A stretch of DNA of 64,000 nt from Podarcis gaigeae (lineage: Eukaryota). The stretch lies in the NCBI GenBank assembly GCA_964106915.2, contig OZ066925.1. One strand, given 5' to 3'. Shown here piece by piece: positions 61,437 through 64,000 of this stretch; the stretch's first letter is position 1, and each line of letters opens with the position of its first letter. The notes under the pieces are model-generated. The model was given only the letters and a program-made list of their open reading frames with translations. It had not been told where the DNA came from and made no database searches. The translations under genes were made by a program, and so were the position numbers.

Positions 61437-62981
61437 TATTAACATCATAATTCTGTTGCCTGCAGCCTAGAACAACATTTCACAAGGACTATTTTGAATG
61501 TATTTCCATCCGTGTCTGTAATTCCTACTAAATTTATATCATCATACTTGCAATTTCTTCATTCAAGTAATTATCAATGATATATAAAAACAAAGTGCAA
61601 AGCAGGCTCCTTTAGAGTACCAATTCTGACACCTTTTCTATTTCATGGCATCAAAATTATTGACATTTGGCCTGGAAAGTTCCACTGGATTGCCTCATTG
61701 CAGATTGAATTATCTGTTTCCAGTGCATATTTGAACTCAAGATGTTATTCCTTTATTCTCCAAACCAGCTGTCCTCTCAAAGAGGGAAATTTGGTATAAT
61801 GTTTTGCCACGGCTTGTTATCCACAAAACTTTGTGGTCTGCAAGTCCCCTGTTTTCTTCTACATTTTCTTCAATATGCTGTTTTGCACTAATGTTCCTGA
61901 GATCAAATATAAGTAACATTGTTCTAAGAAGCACATTCTAGAATTATGGAATAGTTGTGGTAGTGACAACGTCACCATCCTGTCTACCATGTCACTTACC
62001 ATTTTGTAGTTTTTGCTGCTTATCATGTCAAGACACTTAAAGTTCACTTTCTCCTAAATTATCAATATATAAGAATACAGAAATACTTCTGAAGTGCCTC
62101 TGATGCACAAACAACACCCCATTAGAGCCATGAAAATGTGTAGTGCAGCACATTTGTATCATGAGGGAGGAGAAAGATGCTCAATTTAATGATAGCGGTA
62201 GTAGTTTTACGCTTTGCACTTGTATTGATCTACTTTTATCACCTTTTTGAAAATGAGCACAATGACTGACAACCCCCTCACAGCTTGCTGCAATTTCCCC
62301 TTGAAAAAAATGCTTATATTTTTAGATATAATTTAGTAGCCTAACCCCCATTTACATGGTAGTTTACTTTTATACTTTCTCAGGGGCTTTGTTTCAAACT
62401 CTTCTCCAGAAATGAATTTCGTAGAGGCCTCTCTGGCAACCAGTTTCCTGTGCTACAAGAGAAAGTTGGCATTTTGGATCATTGGCATTTTCCATTTCCT
62501 ATCTATATACTTATCGTAAATTCCTATCTCACAATATTTAGTTTTATGTAATGATGCCTTGAACCTCTTTTAAAGGAACAGCATGCTATGACAGTCTCCC
62601 AGGCAGAGAGACAAATTTGCAGTAATCACTCTTCACTGGCATCAGAGTTGTTTTCATTGACTGTAAAAAGGAAATAATATTAGCCAAGAGATCTTTAATT
62701 GCAGTGTTCTAATAAGGTAATTTCACTCAAGGCTCATTTGTGACAGTAATTGTACAAATTCAATTGAATCTGTCAGACGTTACAAAAATATTTATGGCTC
62801 TTCCACCTTGGATTTATTTGCTTTGTAAACTGCCTGTACAGCAAAGAGGTGACAATTAAGAGCAAGCTCTCAGCACTGGAGCCAACCTTCTATGCATGCT
62901 TGGATTTAGCAGAACTTCCCCCAAACAATACAAGCCATCCAGAGAACAGTAAAGGGAAGATACCAAGACTCTTTCATGGTA

Positions 62982-63235
62982 CAGTAATACCTTACAGAAG
63001 CTTCAGGTTGTGTTTTTCGGGTTGCAGACCGCCGAAACCTGGAAGTACCGGAACAGGTTACTTCTGGGTTTTGGCAGTCGTGCATGCACAGAAGCGCTAA
63101 ATCGTGCTTTGCGCATGCACAGAAGCGCTAAATCGCAACCCACGCATGCGCAGACGTGCCACTGTGGGTTGCGAACGCTGCGGGTTGCGAACGTGCATCC
63201 CACACGGATCACGTTCACAACCCAAGCGCCCACTG
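62982..63235. mobile_element. Tc1/mariner-type MITE
   Basis: TA|CAGT...CACTG|TA, repeated GGGTTGCGAACG and GCATGCACAGAAGCGCTAAATCG units; left TIR degenerate. Confidence 0.7.
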
Positions 63236-64000
63236 TACAAGGAATCACAACAATCCTAAAGAATACCCTTCAATCAGCAATATAGCCATACTATCCTAGA
63301 ACACAATGGGCTAGGCAGCAGAGAGTGTCCTATCTTGAGGACTTGTCCTGGTGTGCACCGCATTCACACAGTTCTACAGTGATATGGAGATCTATTTCTA
63401 CGGTCCAGTTCAAAGAGTGCTTCTGCCACACATCTCAATAATGTATCAGCCCGCAGTGACTATCCTTTTAGTTCTTCCAAATAAAAAAATACCCTGTATG
63501 ACTTGCGTTATAGCTAACTTCTTTTCCTGTCACAGTAATTCTGAGTGAGGAAAATGCAATGCAGGAAATACTTCCTTACTCTGCATTGGCTTTGTTTTTC
63601 CTCTGACCCCATTCCACAGCAAAATCTACCTATCTGGAACCACAATTTCTGTGGTCATTTAGGGAAGAAGAAAGAAAGAAAAGGAAGAATGCCAGTGAAT
63701 CAGGGTATGGAGGCAGGAAAGAGAGAGATGAATGGGCAATGAAAATAGAAGCAAGGGGGATTCGATTCAGTTTACGTTCTGGATCCAGAAGCCACCAATT
63801 ACATGCAGTTGAAAGTATTTAGCAAAGCCTTAAGAACTTTTAACCTGTTTTTTTTTTGAATGTAAAATGTATTTCTCTTTACATAAGTTTTCATCTGGAC
63901 TACTCTTCACATTTTCAGTAGTTTGGGTTTCCTGCTGCTAATGTTAATATTCTGGAAAGAAATATGGAATCTTACTGATGGCTCTGTGTTACAGTTACAG

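Overview
Vertebrate, AT-rich, apparently intronic or intergenic DNA. About ten Sauria SINE copies and a BovB LINE point to a squamate reptile, probably a lacertid-type lizard. No host protein-coding exon was confidently recognised. Nearly all short ORFs in the track are noise or repeat-derived. The window is a dense transposon landscape. (1) A structurally complete, young Ty1/Copia LTR retrotransposon (43989-48652) has ~98% identical LTRs and a 5-bp TSD. Its primer-binding site is a 30-nt complement of the 5' HALF of initiator tRNA-Met (Hemivirus-type half-tRNA priming). It is nested inside a Tc1/mariner-type MITE whose empty-site paralog lies in the same window. (2) A 5'-truncated BovB (RTE) LINE has an uninterrupted RT frame. 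(3) Two different Penelope-like element ends each carry a minimal hammerhead ribozyme motif (12113-12150; 19997-20046). (4) There is also a solo LTR, many hAT and Tc1/mariner MITEs with readable TSDs, L2/CR1 3' fragments, CORE-type SINEs, microsatellites, and several repeat-free blocks that look like conserved enhancers. All family names come from motif recognition by eye, not from database searches.
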